DNA of 63,797 nt, filler included, from Octopus bimaculoides (lineage: Eukaryota): the NCBI RefSeq assembly GCF_001194135.2. It is 6 parts of 6 records of this genome, joined end to end, with 100 filler letters (N's around TTAATTAATTAA, not from the genome) between each part and the next. Parts side by side here need not be neighbours in the genome. Positions count along the whole stretch, not along the records: positions 25,208 to 51,857 come from NC_068981.1; positions 51,958 to 55,750 come from NC_068982.1; 4 more parts are not named here. One strand, given 5' to 3'. The notes beneath the pieces are model-generated. The model was not told the DNA's origin. It did not search any database and worked only from the letters and a program-made list of their open reading frames with translations. Below are positions 38,728-52,640 of the stretch, piece after piece; the stretch's first letter is position 1, and each line of letters begins with the position of its first letter. Both the position numbers and the translations under genes were made by a program.

Positions 38728-38777
38728 TCCTTACTGATGAGGCAACGGAAGTTACCGAAAGTGATTTAGTATAAGGA
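38728..38777 (+). ncRNA. Type I hammerhead ribozyme candidate
   Basis: Stem I TCCTTA/TAAGGA (6/6); core CTGATGA; stem II GGCAAC-GGAA-GTTACC (5/6, GNRA loop); GAAA; GTA triplet at 38769-38771. The stem III base pair 15.2/16.2 is a G-G mismatch. Confidence 0.65.
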
Positions 38778-40155
38778 ATAATTGGACGGCGTTTTTCAGA
38801 CGAATATAGCCCCTATCTGAATATATGTATACAATTATGTGCGTTGACTACTGCATTTCTAGCAATTATAGTTTTCCTTTTTGGTAAAAATTGAAAACTG
38901 CTGCATATATATGCGTATATATATGTATATATGTATGTGTGTGTATATATATATATATACTACTGATGTGCAGAAAATGAGAAAAGGCGATTTCCAACGC
39001 ACAGTTTCACCAATTCTTGACAACACCTCAGAGAGGGCGTATTCAGTTTCCGTATTCAATCAACAGCATATATCAGTTACTTTGCATTTATGAATTAGAT
39101 TGGCATCATAAGTAGCAGAAATATACAAAGTAATCTACGACAGCGCAAATGATTCAATATGAAAGAATAATCCGATGAATAAGAACAGTAGAACACTACA
39201 TATAGGTAGAATAAATTAAGATTTTAGGTAAACATGCGATCTTATGTTTTTAGTAAACAAACTGTTAGCCTCAGTGTAGACTAACACCATGTTTAACCCA
39301 CATACTGTTTTTTCGGTCTTTGTGAAGGAAAAGGAGTTATTCAGTCTACTTTCAGTTTACAATGAACACGCCTCAAACAAAAACGGTCACCCACTTTCTG
39401 TCCATAGAAAGAACATCAGCTTCTATCCACGTACAGTATACAGAAGCACCGACAACATTATATCGTTCTTCCTAATTTTCTTTCTTGCGTTTTTTATGTT
39501 TCAAAATTTCAGTACATTTAGTATAATTTCATTTTAAAATGCTATTTTTTAAAAAAATGATACTTACACATCGATGTAAATCTTAACTCTTCAAGTCATC
39601 AGGTAGCTCCGATGACGTTTGTCAGGTCCTCCAAGGCTATTGGTGTTTGTCAGTTAAGGAAGAAAACCACAGCTTATAGATTGCTTCTGCAATAGGAAAC
39701 AACGCGTCTCAAGATCCAGTATTGCAAAACAATTTTAATGTTTGCAATGAAACCAACTAGGACTAGGTAGTGATGTTAACTAGACAACGTATTAAATGTA
39801 ATAATTTAAGTGTGATTTGTGGTGTTTTGTTCATCCAACAGCCAAGTATTTTAGGTAACTGAAAAACAAATCAACTTGTAAACTCCTGTTTATTATGGTC
39901 CACAATTGGAAACAAAAGTCATTGAACATTCTCACTATAGAAAATCATTGATTTTTTTAAATATAATTATCATTTCAACATCTTGTCTGACAAATCGAAA
40001 TCACACGCCAAAATGTGTTCACGACAGAAAATGTTTTGCAATAAATAAAATTCACTAGCAAAAAGAAATTCCCCGTCCGCTATCTTTTTTTTTTTTTTTT
40101 TGGAAATCAGTCTTAAGCTGAAAATCAAATCAGTAAGGTTGAAATAAACTATGTA

Positions 40156-40214
<59 letters not shown>

Positions 40215-41777
40215 AAGATGCAATTTTATTATCTTTCTCAATCACATTGTAAATATATATTATGAGTTTTATTAACATTTATGAAGCTAGGCTTAATTGT
40301 TTCTTTCCAACTGGATTTAATCTCTGTTTTGACGTACATCAAATTTATGTTCACTCTAAATCTTGACAATTATAATGCTGCTAATTTTTATATTTTTATC
40401 CTTCATTCATCATGTATTGAATTTGATTTTCGTATATTCGTTGTGTAATTTTTAATGGTGTAAGATTACATAAAATTACTTTAAACTTACATATTTTTTC
40501 TTTTTGATAAATACCGCAATTTATCCCGTGTACATTGTTTAACTACTTAATAGGATAGAGTTTATATTGCTTAAGATAGATTAAGTTGCCAGGAATTTTT
40601 ATTTGCTTTTACACATAATTTCTTTCTTTTTATATCGAATAACAGTTTTGGTAAATTCTGTAATACTCTTATAATTGAATAACTAGTAGTTATGCTGTAT
40701 ATGAAGGAGCTAGAAATATTTAATTTCAGGATATCATCTATGTTAAAGATGTCACGCTATATCATCATAATGAGTACATTAATCTAGAAGCCCTAAAGAG
40801 TGTTGTTAAGAAAACGTTTCCCGTTGTAAAACACATCATCTTCATATAAACATCTGAATGTAAACTAATAAAATTTAAATTGAGGCTGAGTTAAATAACA
40901 ATCAATATAAAAGCATATCTTTGCTGTAGAATGTTAGAATTATTTTCTATTCACTCTACACGAACTAGCTCTATTTTTGAAACTTGCGAATATATTTTGT
41001 AAATAGATAAATCTCTCACCTACTACCAAATCTCTGGAATACTTGTTTCATGTATGTACAAATATGGTTTGAAACTCAAATTGTTTTAGAGTTACATCTC
41101 CTGAAGAAAAATACATCTTATATATATTTATTTAAAAGGAATTTGAAGGGGAGCTTCTTCGTAGTCACTCAGCTAAAAATAGCCACCAAGTCACTAGTAA
41201 ATTACATTCTATTAAATACGAAAAGGGAAGTCTGGGATATACTATTATGAAAAAGATGAGATAGCAATAGCTAAGCTAAAATTTATTTCACAGTAGAGGT
41301 GTTAAATCAAGTGTAGCATTCAATATCTGTGAAAATCATCTGCTAATACAGTATCCTTTAGTTAAACTATAATATAGATGTAACCACCATCCATAAATTC
41401 GTGTTAACGCAAGTAGTTTTCGAAATTCCGAACATCAAACCGTCGTTAAAGAAATGAATAAGTGAAATAATCATGTATGTATTTATTTAACTTTTGTGAG
41501 CAAGAGAGCTGTTTGTTAGACGTTCCAGCAAACAAATTACTGGTTCACTGTATTTATGACTGCAAGAGTAACAAGGGAACATTTGAGCAACTCGGATGGA
41601 ATAAATACCACAAGAGGTTTTTTTTTCGGTTGAAATCATTGGATTATCGGCTTTCTCGCTGATGTATATATCTACTAGCTACATGCATAATGCATGCATA
41701 CATACATACATACATACATGCATACATACATGCACACGCGCATACATGCGTACATACATAGATACATACAACAAATA

Positions 41778-41811
<34 letters not shown>

Positions 41812-41899
41812 CATTCACACACACATGCAAACTCGCAAACACGCAAACACATACTTATAATGTTAGTAATAATAATAAAAATAACAGGAATATCAATCC

Positions 41900-42092
41900 T
41901 TTCTATTATAAGCACAACGCCTGAAATTTGTGGGAGGGAGGTAATCGACTACATCGACCCAAGTACTTTACTGGTATTTGATTTATCGACCCCGAAAGGA
42001 TGAAAGGTAAAGTCAACCTCGGCTGAATTTGAACTCAGAACGTAGCTAAACATTTCCTCCAGCGTGCTAACAATCCTGCCAGCTCACCACAT
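41900..42092 (-). mobile_element. SINE family B
   Basis: cgaccccgaaaggatgaaaggtaaagtcaacctcggctgaatttgaactcagaacg. Confidence 0.8.
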
Positions 42093-42209
42093 TCATAACA
42101 GCAATAATAATGTTAAAGATGATAAGGAAAGGGAGGTGGAATTCTTAATTAGTTGCGAAGGCTCATGGAATACAGAATAGTACAAAGGACAAAATACGTC
42201 TCTCCTTAG

Positions 42210-42540
42210 CAGTGCTACCGGTTTCTAGCTTACAGGACTGGGGTTTAAGTGCCAGTCTTGGCATATCTGTGCCTCATAAAACCAGTTGTCATACGCCGTA
42301 TATCAGCTGCTGCTTTCAGCTTTTCGAGTACTTCACATTTTCCATCAATTGTAAGGCAAGCCTTCAAGATTGGCAGTTAAATCCATCACTGCCGCCGTCC
42401 TACCGTTCACCCCGAACAATTTAGCAAAGAGTCATGGAATATTGGACAGATCTGCTTGAAATTGAACCGAGTTGCTGCCACGATGCTTCTCTCCTATGTC
42501 CACCGAAAGACTTCCCTTCTCTCGTGTACATTAATAATGA
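42210..42540 (-). mobile_element. Probable RTE LINE 3' fragment
   Basis: Degraded RT C-terminal-like reading (G.RPxGRRQxW...AAADIRRMTTGFMRHRYAKTGT). Confidence 0.45.
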
Positions 42541-42546
42541 GTTCAA

Positions 42547-42747
42547 ATTTTGGCTCAAGGCCAGCAAGCTAGGGCAGGTTTCAAGTAGGTTACATCGACC
42601 GCGATGCCCAGCTGGTACTTATTTTATTGACCCCGAATGATGAAAGGCAAAGTCGACCTCAGTGGAATTTGAACCTAGAAAGTAAAGACAGACAAAGTGC
42701 CACGAAGTATTTTTCCCAGCGCACTAACGATTCTGCCAGATCTCCGA
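42547..42747 (-). mobile_element. SINE family B
   Basis: gaccccgaatgatgaaaggcaaagtcgacctcagtggaatttgaacc. Confidence 0.8.
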
Positions 42748-42855
42748 CGTAATGCGACTATCAATAAGATTTGAAATTAATGCATGCGAGATTTTACAGC
42801 TCTAGGTTTACTCCTTCATAATAAGCCTATGAACTTTTCAGCCCACATCTTCGTA
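42748..42855 (-). mobile_element. mariner 5' end (TIR) in reverse orientation
   Basis: Reverse complement tacgaagatgtgggctgaaaagttcataggct...gctgtaaaatctcgcatgcatt matches the mariner ends at 5249 and 42994. Confidence 0.7.
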
Positions 42856-42909
42856 TACATTTGCGTGTGTGTGACAGTTTCAGGTCTCAACACAAACACA
42901 CAGTCATAT

Positions 42910-42978
<69 letters not shown>

Positions 42979-42993
42979 ACACACACAAATGTA

Positions 42994-44345
42994 TACGAGG
43001 GTGGGCTGAAAATTTCCTAGGCCTATTATTAAGGAGAGCTGGCAAAATCGTTAGCGCGCTGGGAAAAATACTTCGTAGCACTTCGTCCGTCTTTACTTTC
43101 TAGGTTCAAATCTGACAGTGTCGACTTTACCTTTCATCATTCAGGGTCAATAAAATAAGCACCAGTTGGGCATCGCGGTCGATGTAACCTACTTAAAACC
43201 TGCTCTAGCTTGCTGGCCTTGTGCCAAAATTTGAACTCATTATTAATTTTTTCCAGCTAAACTTACATCTGACTGTTCAAAAAAGACTTCAAAAGTAACT
43301 AGTAGCGACTTCTCTCGAAAATGGTCAAAATTTGGCATTGTGGTGTTATCAAGTAGCAGCAGCAAAAATGGTTTAGCCCCCAACAAAATTCATGCTGAGA
43401 TATTTGGTACGTTAGAGGATGACACTCCAGTTTTATCAACAGTGCAAAGTGGACAGCTGAATTTAGAAGGGGAACAAAGAGTCTTAAACATGAGCAAAGG
43501 TCTGAACGCACTGCAATTGCCACCACCGACGAAAACATTGATTATGTTCATCACATGCTGAAATATGACGGGTTATTAACTTTAAATAAAATAGCCAGTA
43601 CTATTAACATATCGCGTGAAAGATTTGAAAATATTTTGCTCAATTAAGTTGGCATAGCCAAGGTTTCTGCTCTGTGGAGAAACGTCTTCTGCCACGTCTT
43701 CTAGCATGTGATCCAAAGTGCTTCCGGTTCAGTAAATCACGGCAGACTCTAACCTTGTTTGAGGCAGATCCAGATGGTTTCTTTGAACATTTCCTAAACC
43801 AGAATGAGTTCTAGCTTCATAATATTTAGCCAGAAACAAAGATGCAATCCATGCAGTGAAAACATCTCTTCTCGCCCACTTCAAAGTAGACGAAAGTCGT
43901 TTCATCTGCAGAGAAGGTGATGGTTTGCTTTTTTCAGGATAGAAAAGGCATCTTCAATAGGGCCAAACCATCAATAATGAATACTATGCCTACTTTCGGA
44001 GACAGTAACGAAAGTCTATCATGACCAAACACCCAGGTAATCTAACGGTAGGGATCATGCATAATCAGGACAATGCTCCAGCACACATGTTGTTGGTTTC
44101 AAAGGCTGCTGTGCGTGACTGTGACTTCGAACTATTTGATCAGCTACCTTATTCTTTTCATTTGACTCCTTATGATTATCGTCTGCTCCCCAGGAAGCTT
44201 TCAACAGGATGGAAGCTTCTTTTTGAACAGAATCCAAACACTGCAACACCAAAGGAAGGAGGTGTATGGAACCCAAGGAGTGTTTGTGTTTATGTTGAGA
44301 AGCAAACACCTGGTTTGATCATATTTTATCAGGTGAGTTTCACTG
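42994..44345 (+). mobile_element. mariner (DD34D) transposon, degraded, with SINE B inserted at about 43032-43232
   Basis: TIR tacgagggtgggctgaaaa; GLAPNKIHAEIFGTLEDDTPVLSTVQ; HNQDNAPAHMLLVSKAAVRDCDFELFDQLPYSFHLTPYDYRLLP (degenerate HPPYSPDLAPSDY). Confidence 0.88.
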
Positions 44346-44479
44346 TTTTGCTTGAAGATCGCTGTTGCATCAGACTGAAATCGTGAGTTGAAATTGTTGC
44401 TTCACTTTCAATAAAAAAGCCATATCATCTACAACGTACAGTCAGCACTCCTTTATCACAAGTTCGACAGTGAGCAACG

Positions 44480-44481
44480 TA

Positions 44482-44533
<52 letters not shown>

Positions 44534-44608
44534 TTATCGCTCTCTCTTTCTCGCTCTCTCTTTCTCTCTCTCTCTTTCTATCTCTATCTATCTCTCTTTC
44601 TCTCTCTT

Positions 44609-44639
<31 letters not shown>

Positions 44640-44725
44640 TTCTCTCACTCTCTCTCTTTCTCTCTCTCGTTTTCTCTCTCTCGTTTTCTTTCTCTTTCTC
44701 TCTCTCTCTCTTACACACACACACA
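44480..44725. repeat. (CT)n compound microsatellite
   Basis: Directly visible. Confidence 0.95.
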
Positions 44726-46134
44726 AATGTGTACATGCAAATGTGTACATGCAAATGTGTACATGCGAATGTGTTCATGTATATACAACTTTGTGTATAT
44801 ATACATACATATATATATATATAGGACTATCAATTAGCACATAATTTTAAATTGGTAATTGAACCTTTATAACATATATTCCTGATCTCTCACCTTAACA
44901 TTTAATCTACTTAAATCAATCATCAGGTTCCTGTATTGAATATCCTTGTTATTTCCTAGCATCTTTTCTTTTTTCAGTCCCTTAAACCTTAGTAAACACA
45001 TTATTATAAACTAATATAAATCCGATGATAATTTTTATTCACATTATAAAAATAAAGCTTACCTATGTGTCTCCTAAATAGTATCATTATTTTATTTTCA
45101 GCTAAAATTTTTTTTAAGATAATTCAAAATAGTTCTCATGAACCCAATATACTTAATATCCTTAAACTTTACACCCTATCTATAGCCCCTGAATTCAATA
45201 ATGACATTANNNNNNNNNNNNNNNNNNNNNNNNNNNNNNNNNNNNNNNNNNNNNNNNNNNNNNNNNNNNNNNNNNNNNNNNNNNNNNNNNNNNNNNNNNN
45301 NNNNNNNNNNNNNNNNNNNNNNNNNNNNNNNNNNNNNNNNNNNNNNNNNNNNNNNNNNNNNNNNNNNNNNNNNNNNNNNNNNNNNNNNNNNNNNNNNNNN
45401 NNNNNNNNNNNNNNNNNNNNNNNNNNNNNNNNNNNNNNNNNNNNNNNNNNNNNNNNNNNNNNNNNNNNNNNNNNNNNNNNNNNNNNNNNNNNNNNNNNNN
45501 NNNNNNNNNNNNNNNNNNNNNNNNNNNNNNNNNNNNNNNNNNNNNNNNNNNNNNNNNNNNNNNNNNNNNNNNNNNNNNNNNNNNNNNNNNNNNNNNNNNN
45601 NNNNNNNNNNNNNNNNNNNNNNNNNNNNNNNNNNNNNNNNNNNNNNNNNNNNNNNNNNNNNNNNNNNNNNNNNNNNNNNNNNNNNNNNNNNNNNNNNNNN
45701 NNNNNNNNNNNNNNNNNNNNNNNNNNNNNNNNNNNNNNNNNNNNNNNNNNNNNNNNNNNNNNNNNNNNNNNNNNNNNNNNNNNNNNNNNNNNNNNNNNNN
45801 NNNNNNNNNNNNNNNNNNNNNNNNNNNNNNNNNNNNNNNNNNNNNNNNNNNNNNNNNNNNNNNNNNNNNNNNNNNNNNNNNNNNNNNNNNNNNNNNNNNN
45901 NNNNNNNNNNNNNNNNNNNNNNNNNNNNNNNNNNNNNNNNNNNNNNNNNNNNNNNNNNNNNNNNNNNNNNNNNNNNNNNNNNNNNNNNNNNNNNNNNNNN
46001 NNNNNNNNNNNNNNNNNNNNNNNNNNNNNNNNNNNNNNNNNNNNNNNNNNNNNNNNNNNNNNNNNNNNNNNNNNNNNNNNNNNNNNNNNNNNNNNNNNNN
46101 NNNNNNNNNNNNNNNNNNNNNNNNNNNNNNNNNN

Positions 46135-46172
<38 letters not shown>

Positions 46173-47939
46173 AACATACATATGTATTCTATGTTCACGC
46201 TTGTATGCGTATACACATGTATGAGCCTATGTGTTTTTAAATGTAGTCGAGAGAGAAGAGTAACAAATGCTCTTAGATCATTGTCTCCTATGATATTTAT
46301 TCTTTATTCTGCATCAAGCAACAGGAAATCTTTTCTCACACCCACCAGCAGAAAAGCAAGAAACCAATGATTTGTTCATGGAAACTTGCCACCAACGAAT
46401 ATCTTGTTCTCCAAATGTGATATAAAATTAATGTAATACATAGCAATATGCATATAGATAATCACTTCTATATCTTTATGACGGGACACCGAATGGTCAT
46501 AAACAATATTGACATTTGCTTAATACAACGTTGGAGATCTGTTGCGTGACATATGAGCTATTACTTGATGAACATCACTCTGGTAACACTAGTAGAGTAA
46601 ATATACTGACATCCTGAATCGCGCTTCTTACTGCGTCATAGTCAATCTATCAAAAGACAAAAACCAAAAAAGAAAAAAGAAAGAAAAACAAGGAGGTAAA
46701 ATGAGAAAAATAAGACAAAATGTACTTATGGAACAATACATGTAAGAAAGGGAAAGACATTATATATACATAAGATTTAAAAGATGCTCTACCACGAAGA
46801 AAGTTTAATAGCCGGAATGAAAATGGAATTAGCTAATTCTCATTCGTTTCTTATATTCTGTGGCGATACTTCAGACTTTTAGTTACAAACTAAAAAACCA
46901 AAACAAAATAAAAAAATTAAAATAATATATGCTATTACTGCAAGTTGTAAGCCAGCATCACGCCAGAATGGAGTATCAATATTTAGTTATCAAAGAAGGA
47001 AAGTCCAGTATGCATTTCTTAATTCCTGGCAAACATAATCAATTAAAATACTGATGGGTTTTTCGGAGCGATGTGATAATAGTTTTTATATGTGGACATA
47101 GAAATCAACTTAAAGCTAAAAATACATTGGAGAAATAATATATTCCTATACATACATGCATGCCTGCATACATACATACATACATACATACATACATACA
47201 TACATACATACATACATACATACATACACATATGCACATACATATATGTACAAGCACAAAGATACACACTCACACATGTATGTATAGATATGTATTTCTT
47301 AAAGTTTCTGAGTTGGTCGAAACTATTGGGGTTTGTTTTGGTTTGGTGTTATATTATGCGTGCGTGTTTCAGCTACTGTTTGTAAAACACCAGCAACGAA
47401 CATTATACATGATTTCTACGTGTCTCCTTCACTATGTTGTAAATAATTCATTTATCGTCAAGCATTCTGGATTAATTGTGAAGGAAGTATAAACATAGAT
47501 ATATTTACATAATTTTGCATGCGTTTATCTATTTGTTTAGACACATACGCACACATATATAAATATATACATATGTACATATATATGTATACAGACATAC
47601 GCATATGTATTATATGTGTGTCTCTGTGTATATGTGCATGAGTTGTGTACAAGAGTGGAAGAACCCTCTAGATGTTTAGCGCTGGATATTAAGTAAAGGG
47701 GCAATAGTTCCTATCCTGTCTCCACTATGCACGTGTGTTTGTCCAGAACATCACTACAAAAATATCTACATTCAATACTCATGTGATATAATGTAATATG
47801 TATGCATATATGCGTGTGTATATGTGTAAATAAGCATAATGCTGCATTCGACTAATTATCATCTAGTACACAATAAGTGATTAGGCGTAGATAAAGAAAC
47901 AAACAAGTTTCTTCGTTGAAATGAGATAGTAAGATGTAC

Positions 47940-48600
47940 AGGTAAAGTGTGCACTATTAGAATTAGTCATACTAGTAAAACCAAGCAACATGTTCAACTA
48001 TTCTTGGCTAGGATTATATATAGACGATGGCCTTGCAATCTTCCTAATCATGAAGTCAACCGAATGAGAGAGAGAGAGGAAAATGCACAATAAAATACTG
48101 CAAGTAATTCAGTCTTCTTTTAAATACCTAGCTCAACATATGCGTATAAAGTTTACTAGACAGTAAATCTAATCCCAAGAAACATTCTCTATGTAAAAGT
48201 CAGAACGAAATATCACTATACAATAAAAATAGTGATATATAATATCCTGCCTAATATTCTCCTACATCGGGCTACACCTTTCTACATATAAGCCATAACA
48301 TGAGAGCATTCAGTGAAAATCTAGAATGTGTATCCAAAGTAAAAAATGAAATAAGGGTACCAAAAACTAAGCATGTGTAGAAAAAAAAAATCATTTAAAA
48401 TAACCCACTCTTCAGGTCCAAGTATAGTGATAAAAATGCCAAAAAAGAAAAAAAAAAACAACAAAAAACAAAACGCACTAAAGCTATTCACCAAACCCTT
48501 TCTAACCGACTATTACACCATAACTAATTACCTCGAAACATCATCGGAAATAACACTGAAGGCAGAATAATGGCAATTCCTAACAAATTAACAAAAACAT
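47940..48600 (+). mobile_element. Highly degraded Penelope-like RT relic
   Basis: ggattatatatagacgatggccttgcaatc = GLYIDDGLAI (PLE YxDD motif), followed by decayed thumb-like sequence. Confidence 0.55.
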
Positions 48601-50570
48601 TAACTAGCAAACTAATCTAAGGAAGAACAATAATTTAGATTCGTCAGACACAAAGTTCGATGACAACACTTTGGTGGCTTCAGAAAGACACGCTATATAG
48701 TCATCAGAGAAGACATCATCAGAACAGAATGGTAGAGGCCACAGCGCAACAAATTAAACGTGCAGGTTATAATGATGAGATAAACGAATTAAACGATTAA
48801 GTGAAACCTGATATAACAACGAAATCGAACCTCAAGAACAGGAAATTATAGGACACAACCGAAGCTAGATAGATCAAATCATTGTACGTGAAGAAGAATT
48901 TGTCGATAAAAAATAACTCTGAGCAACAGGCTATAAGTTCAAACGAGATACACACATAGTCATTCCGTGGTATATACAGAAAGAATCCTGTGTATCTAAC
49001 GAAACACATTTGGGAAGAAATAGAAGCATAAAGTAGACAATAATATAAAGTATCGTTTTTGCAGAATATCTTGGTGCAGATATTAAAATAAATTTATTTG
49101 TTAAAATTTGGTCAGTGTGAACATTCATTGACGTACCAGCAATAGAAATTCTAGTAGTTACCCAACAACGACTACCTTAACAATAGAACAAAACAAAGTT
49201 ACCAACGAATTAACCGGTGCAAACATTGATAGAGACACCAGAAAAACCTATAGGAGTCAATACAGAAATCAAAGAACTCGACAACTGAATCTTTTATCTA
49301 CAAGAGATACCTACAGAGAAAGGAAAATTGCGATTTGTCGAAGAAAAATATAATGATGAGACATGCAGAATGACAGATATGGTGAAACTAGATTCAATTA
49401 TGAAGCAATTGCATGACAATGATAAAAATACAAATCAGCAAAGGAAAAACACCGAAGTCAATCGAGACAAATAGAAAAAAACAAACAAACAAAAAGGCAA
49501 TCGACTGAAGGTTCCTAAAGCATGAAACTAGACACAACGAAAAGTAGTAATGCAAACATAATCTCCGTTTCCTCCCACTCCCCGTTCGCCCCCTTTATGT
49601 ATATTAGATTGTGGTTTATTTCACGATAACATTTTGCCGTTCTACATTACATTCCACCTGATGACTGTTTTTTTAGCGTTCCGCCCGTCAAAATTTATAA
49701 GGAAAGAAATTGCACTTGTTAACAGATTATCTTCTTGTTTTTGAGATAAAAAGTAACAAGAACTATAATATAGGAGATATAATTTTTCTCTTTTGAAATT
49801 CAGTTATAATTTAACAGAGATGTAGCTGTTATTACTAGCAGGCTTGGCAATCATATAAGCGCTGTTTAATTTGGATCGTATTTACTTCTTGGCTGATGGT
49901 ATACCCAGAGACACAAAGAGAGACAGATCTCAGATCATTGCTAAGCAACATCGGTTTCTGATCTGAACCATTTGGACAAATAACTCTATTAATACTTCAC
50001 GAAATGACGTTGCTTATGTAAACCCAAGGCCAATAAATGCAGAAAGCTTTTCAAGAACTTAGGAAAGGATTTCAAAGATATAAATTGACATGCGTGGTCC
50101 AAAACTGCAGGAATTAAGATGTATGTCGTTTACAATGAAATTCTATTATTCATTTGCCCAATGTTTGAAAATAAAAATTCCTTTAATATACATGTATTCA
50201 TATGTGCATCCATAGTATATATATATATCTTAGACATACTACATTCATTCACACACATACATACACACAGACACGCATATATAGAGAACATATAAACATA
50301 TATGTGAGCATGTATGCGCCTGTGAGTGGATGTGTATCAGTACGTGTGTGTGAGTGTGTATATGTATTTGTGTGTGTGTGTGCAGTCTCTATCTGTATTT
50401 GTGAATGTGGTTAATTTTATCTCTATTTTCATGAACATGCTTGTCTATCGAAGTGCGAATAAATATTTTTTCTTTTAATTTCTGAGAAATAATAAAATAA
50501 AAATAATCAGTCTAATCGTAATAGCTTAAACGAAGGAATATATTTAACATATATGCATACGTGTAATACA

Positions 50571-50608
<38 letters not shown>

Positions 50609-51552
50609 NNNNNNNNNNNNNNNNNNNNNNNNNNNNNNNNNNNNNNNNNNNNNNNNNNNNNNNNNNNNNNNNNNNNNNNNNNNNNNNNNNNNNNNNNNNN
50701 NNNNNNNNNNNNNNNNNNNNNNNNNNNNNNNNNNNNNNNNNNNNNNNNNNNNNNNNNNNNNNNNNNNNNNNNNNNNNNNNNNNNNNNNNNNNNNNNNNNN
50801 NNNNNNNNNNNNNNNNNNNNNNNNNNNNNNNNNNNNNNNNNNNNNNNNNNNNNNNNNNNNNNNNNNNNNNNNNNNNNNNNNNNNNNNNNNNNNNNNNNNN
50901 NNNNNNNNNNNNNNNNNNNNNNNNNNNNNNNNNNNNNNNNNNNNNNNNNNNNNNNNNNNNNNNNNNNNNNNNNNNNNNNNNNNNNNNNNNNNNNNNNNNN
51001 NNNNNNNNNNNNNNNNNNNNNNNNNNNNNNNNNNNNNNNNNNNNNNNNNNNNNNNNNNNNNNNNNNNNNNNNNNNNNNNNNNNNNNNNNNNNNNNNNNNN
51101 NNNNNNNNNNNNNNNNNNNNNNNNNNNNNNNNNNNNNNNNNNNNNNNNNNNNNNNNNNNNNNNNNNNNNNNNNNNNNNNNNNNNNNNNNNNNNNNNNNNN
51201 NNNNNNNNNNNNNNNNNNNNNNNNNNNNNNNNNNNNNNNNNNNNNNNNNNNNNNNNNNNNNNNNNNNNNNNNNNNNNNNNNNNNNNNNNNNNNNNNNNNN
51301 NNNNNNTATATATATATGTGTGTGTGTTTGTGTGTGTGTGTGCGTGTGCGTGTGTGTGTATGTGTGTGTGTGTGGTGTATGTATGTATGTGTGTGTATCA
51401 ATATATAATTTTTTTGTATGTATTTTTCAGTAATTTCAACGAATTCGAAACACTCTTGAGGTAAACTGTCAAAGTAAAATGTAGGAAAGGGAATTACAAA
51501 ATAATATTAATGATGACGATAATAATAATAATAGTAATAATAATAATAATAA

Positions 51553-51585
<33 letters not shown>

Positions 51586-52039
51586 TAATAATAATAATAA
51601 AAATAATGAATTTTCTATTATTGGCCACAAGGGGATGAAGAGATGATGATGATCGTTCTCTTATTCCAACATATCTTTTTTATAGTTATTTGCTCATTAT
51701 TATTTACTTGTTTAACTTAACCTAAAGTCAAAAATTATAAAGATGTATATGTATAATCTCAGGTGGATGCGCCAAAACAAACTGTATACATACGTCTCTT
51801 TTTTTCATCCTTTCTCTTTAACTCTCTGGCTGTATATATATATATATATATATATATNNNNNNNNNNNNNNNNNNNNNNNNNNNNNNNNNNNNNNNNNNN
51901 NTTAATTAATTAANNNNNNNNNNNNNNNNNNNNNNNNNNNNNNNNNNNNNNNNNNNNTATATATATATATATATATATGTATAGAGATATAGATATAGAT
52001 ACAGATATAGATATAGATATTGATATAGATATAGATAGA

Positions 52040-52316
52040 TGAAAATCTGAAGGCGCTCAATTATTCCAGTGACGAGGAAGTGAAAACTGTAGTAACGAAG
52101 TGGCTGAAAGAACAGTCAACAGAATTTTACGGGGCAGCGATACATGTTGTCATTCGAAGGGAGAACATTGCTATTGAGAGAAACAGTGACTCTGTTGAGA
52201 AGTAGGGATGTGATCCACAGAAGACCAGCTTCATTTTGATGCATGATATTTATTCCTGCGTTGGTAATTATACCTGTCCTAAACAAAATGGCATTACTTT
52301 TTGACTCACCCTCGTA
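52040..52316 (+). mobile_element. mariner 3' end with TIR
   Basis: SSDEEVKTVVTKWLKEQSTEFY...ERNSDSVEK*, then ttactttttgactcaccctcgta. Confidence 0.8.
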
Positions 52317-52348
52317 TTACAGTCATATAGCATAATAAGATAACAGAG

Positions 52349-52640
52349 TACGAGGTGGCATCAAAAACTTCCAGGGCTAGTTGTGCTTAATAGCAACGTA
52401 TCTTATTTACCTAAGTTTTCAAAATAATCACATTGCACAGCAATATACCGGTTCCAGTATCCCTGCGACTCTTGCAATCCGGCCTAGAAGTTGTGTTTTT
52501 AAGCGAAGAACTTCAGTGATACGCTCTAGATCTGGACAACGGTGTTGAGGCGGCGATCTTTGAGCAGTATTTTCATCTTTGGGAAGGGGTGGAAATCCTC
52601 AGGTGCTACATGTGTCCAAAAGGGCGAGGGCGGAAGCGAT
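52349..52640. mobile_element. Second mariner-like terminal fragment
   Basis: Starts with the TIR-like tacgaggtggcatcaaaaacttcc. Confidence 0.45.
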
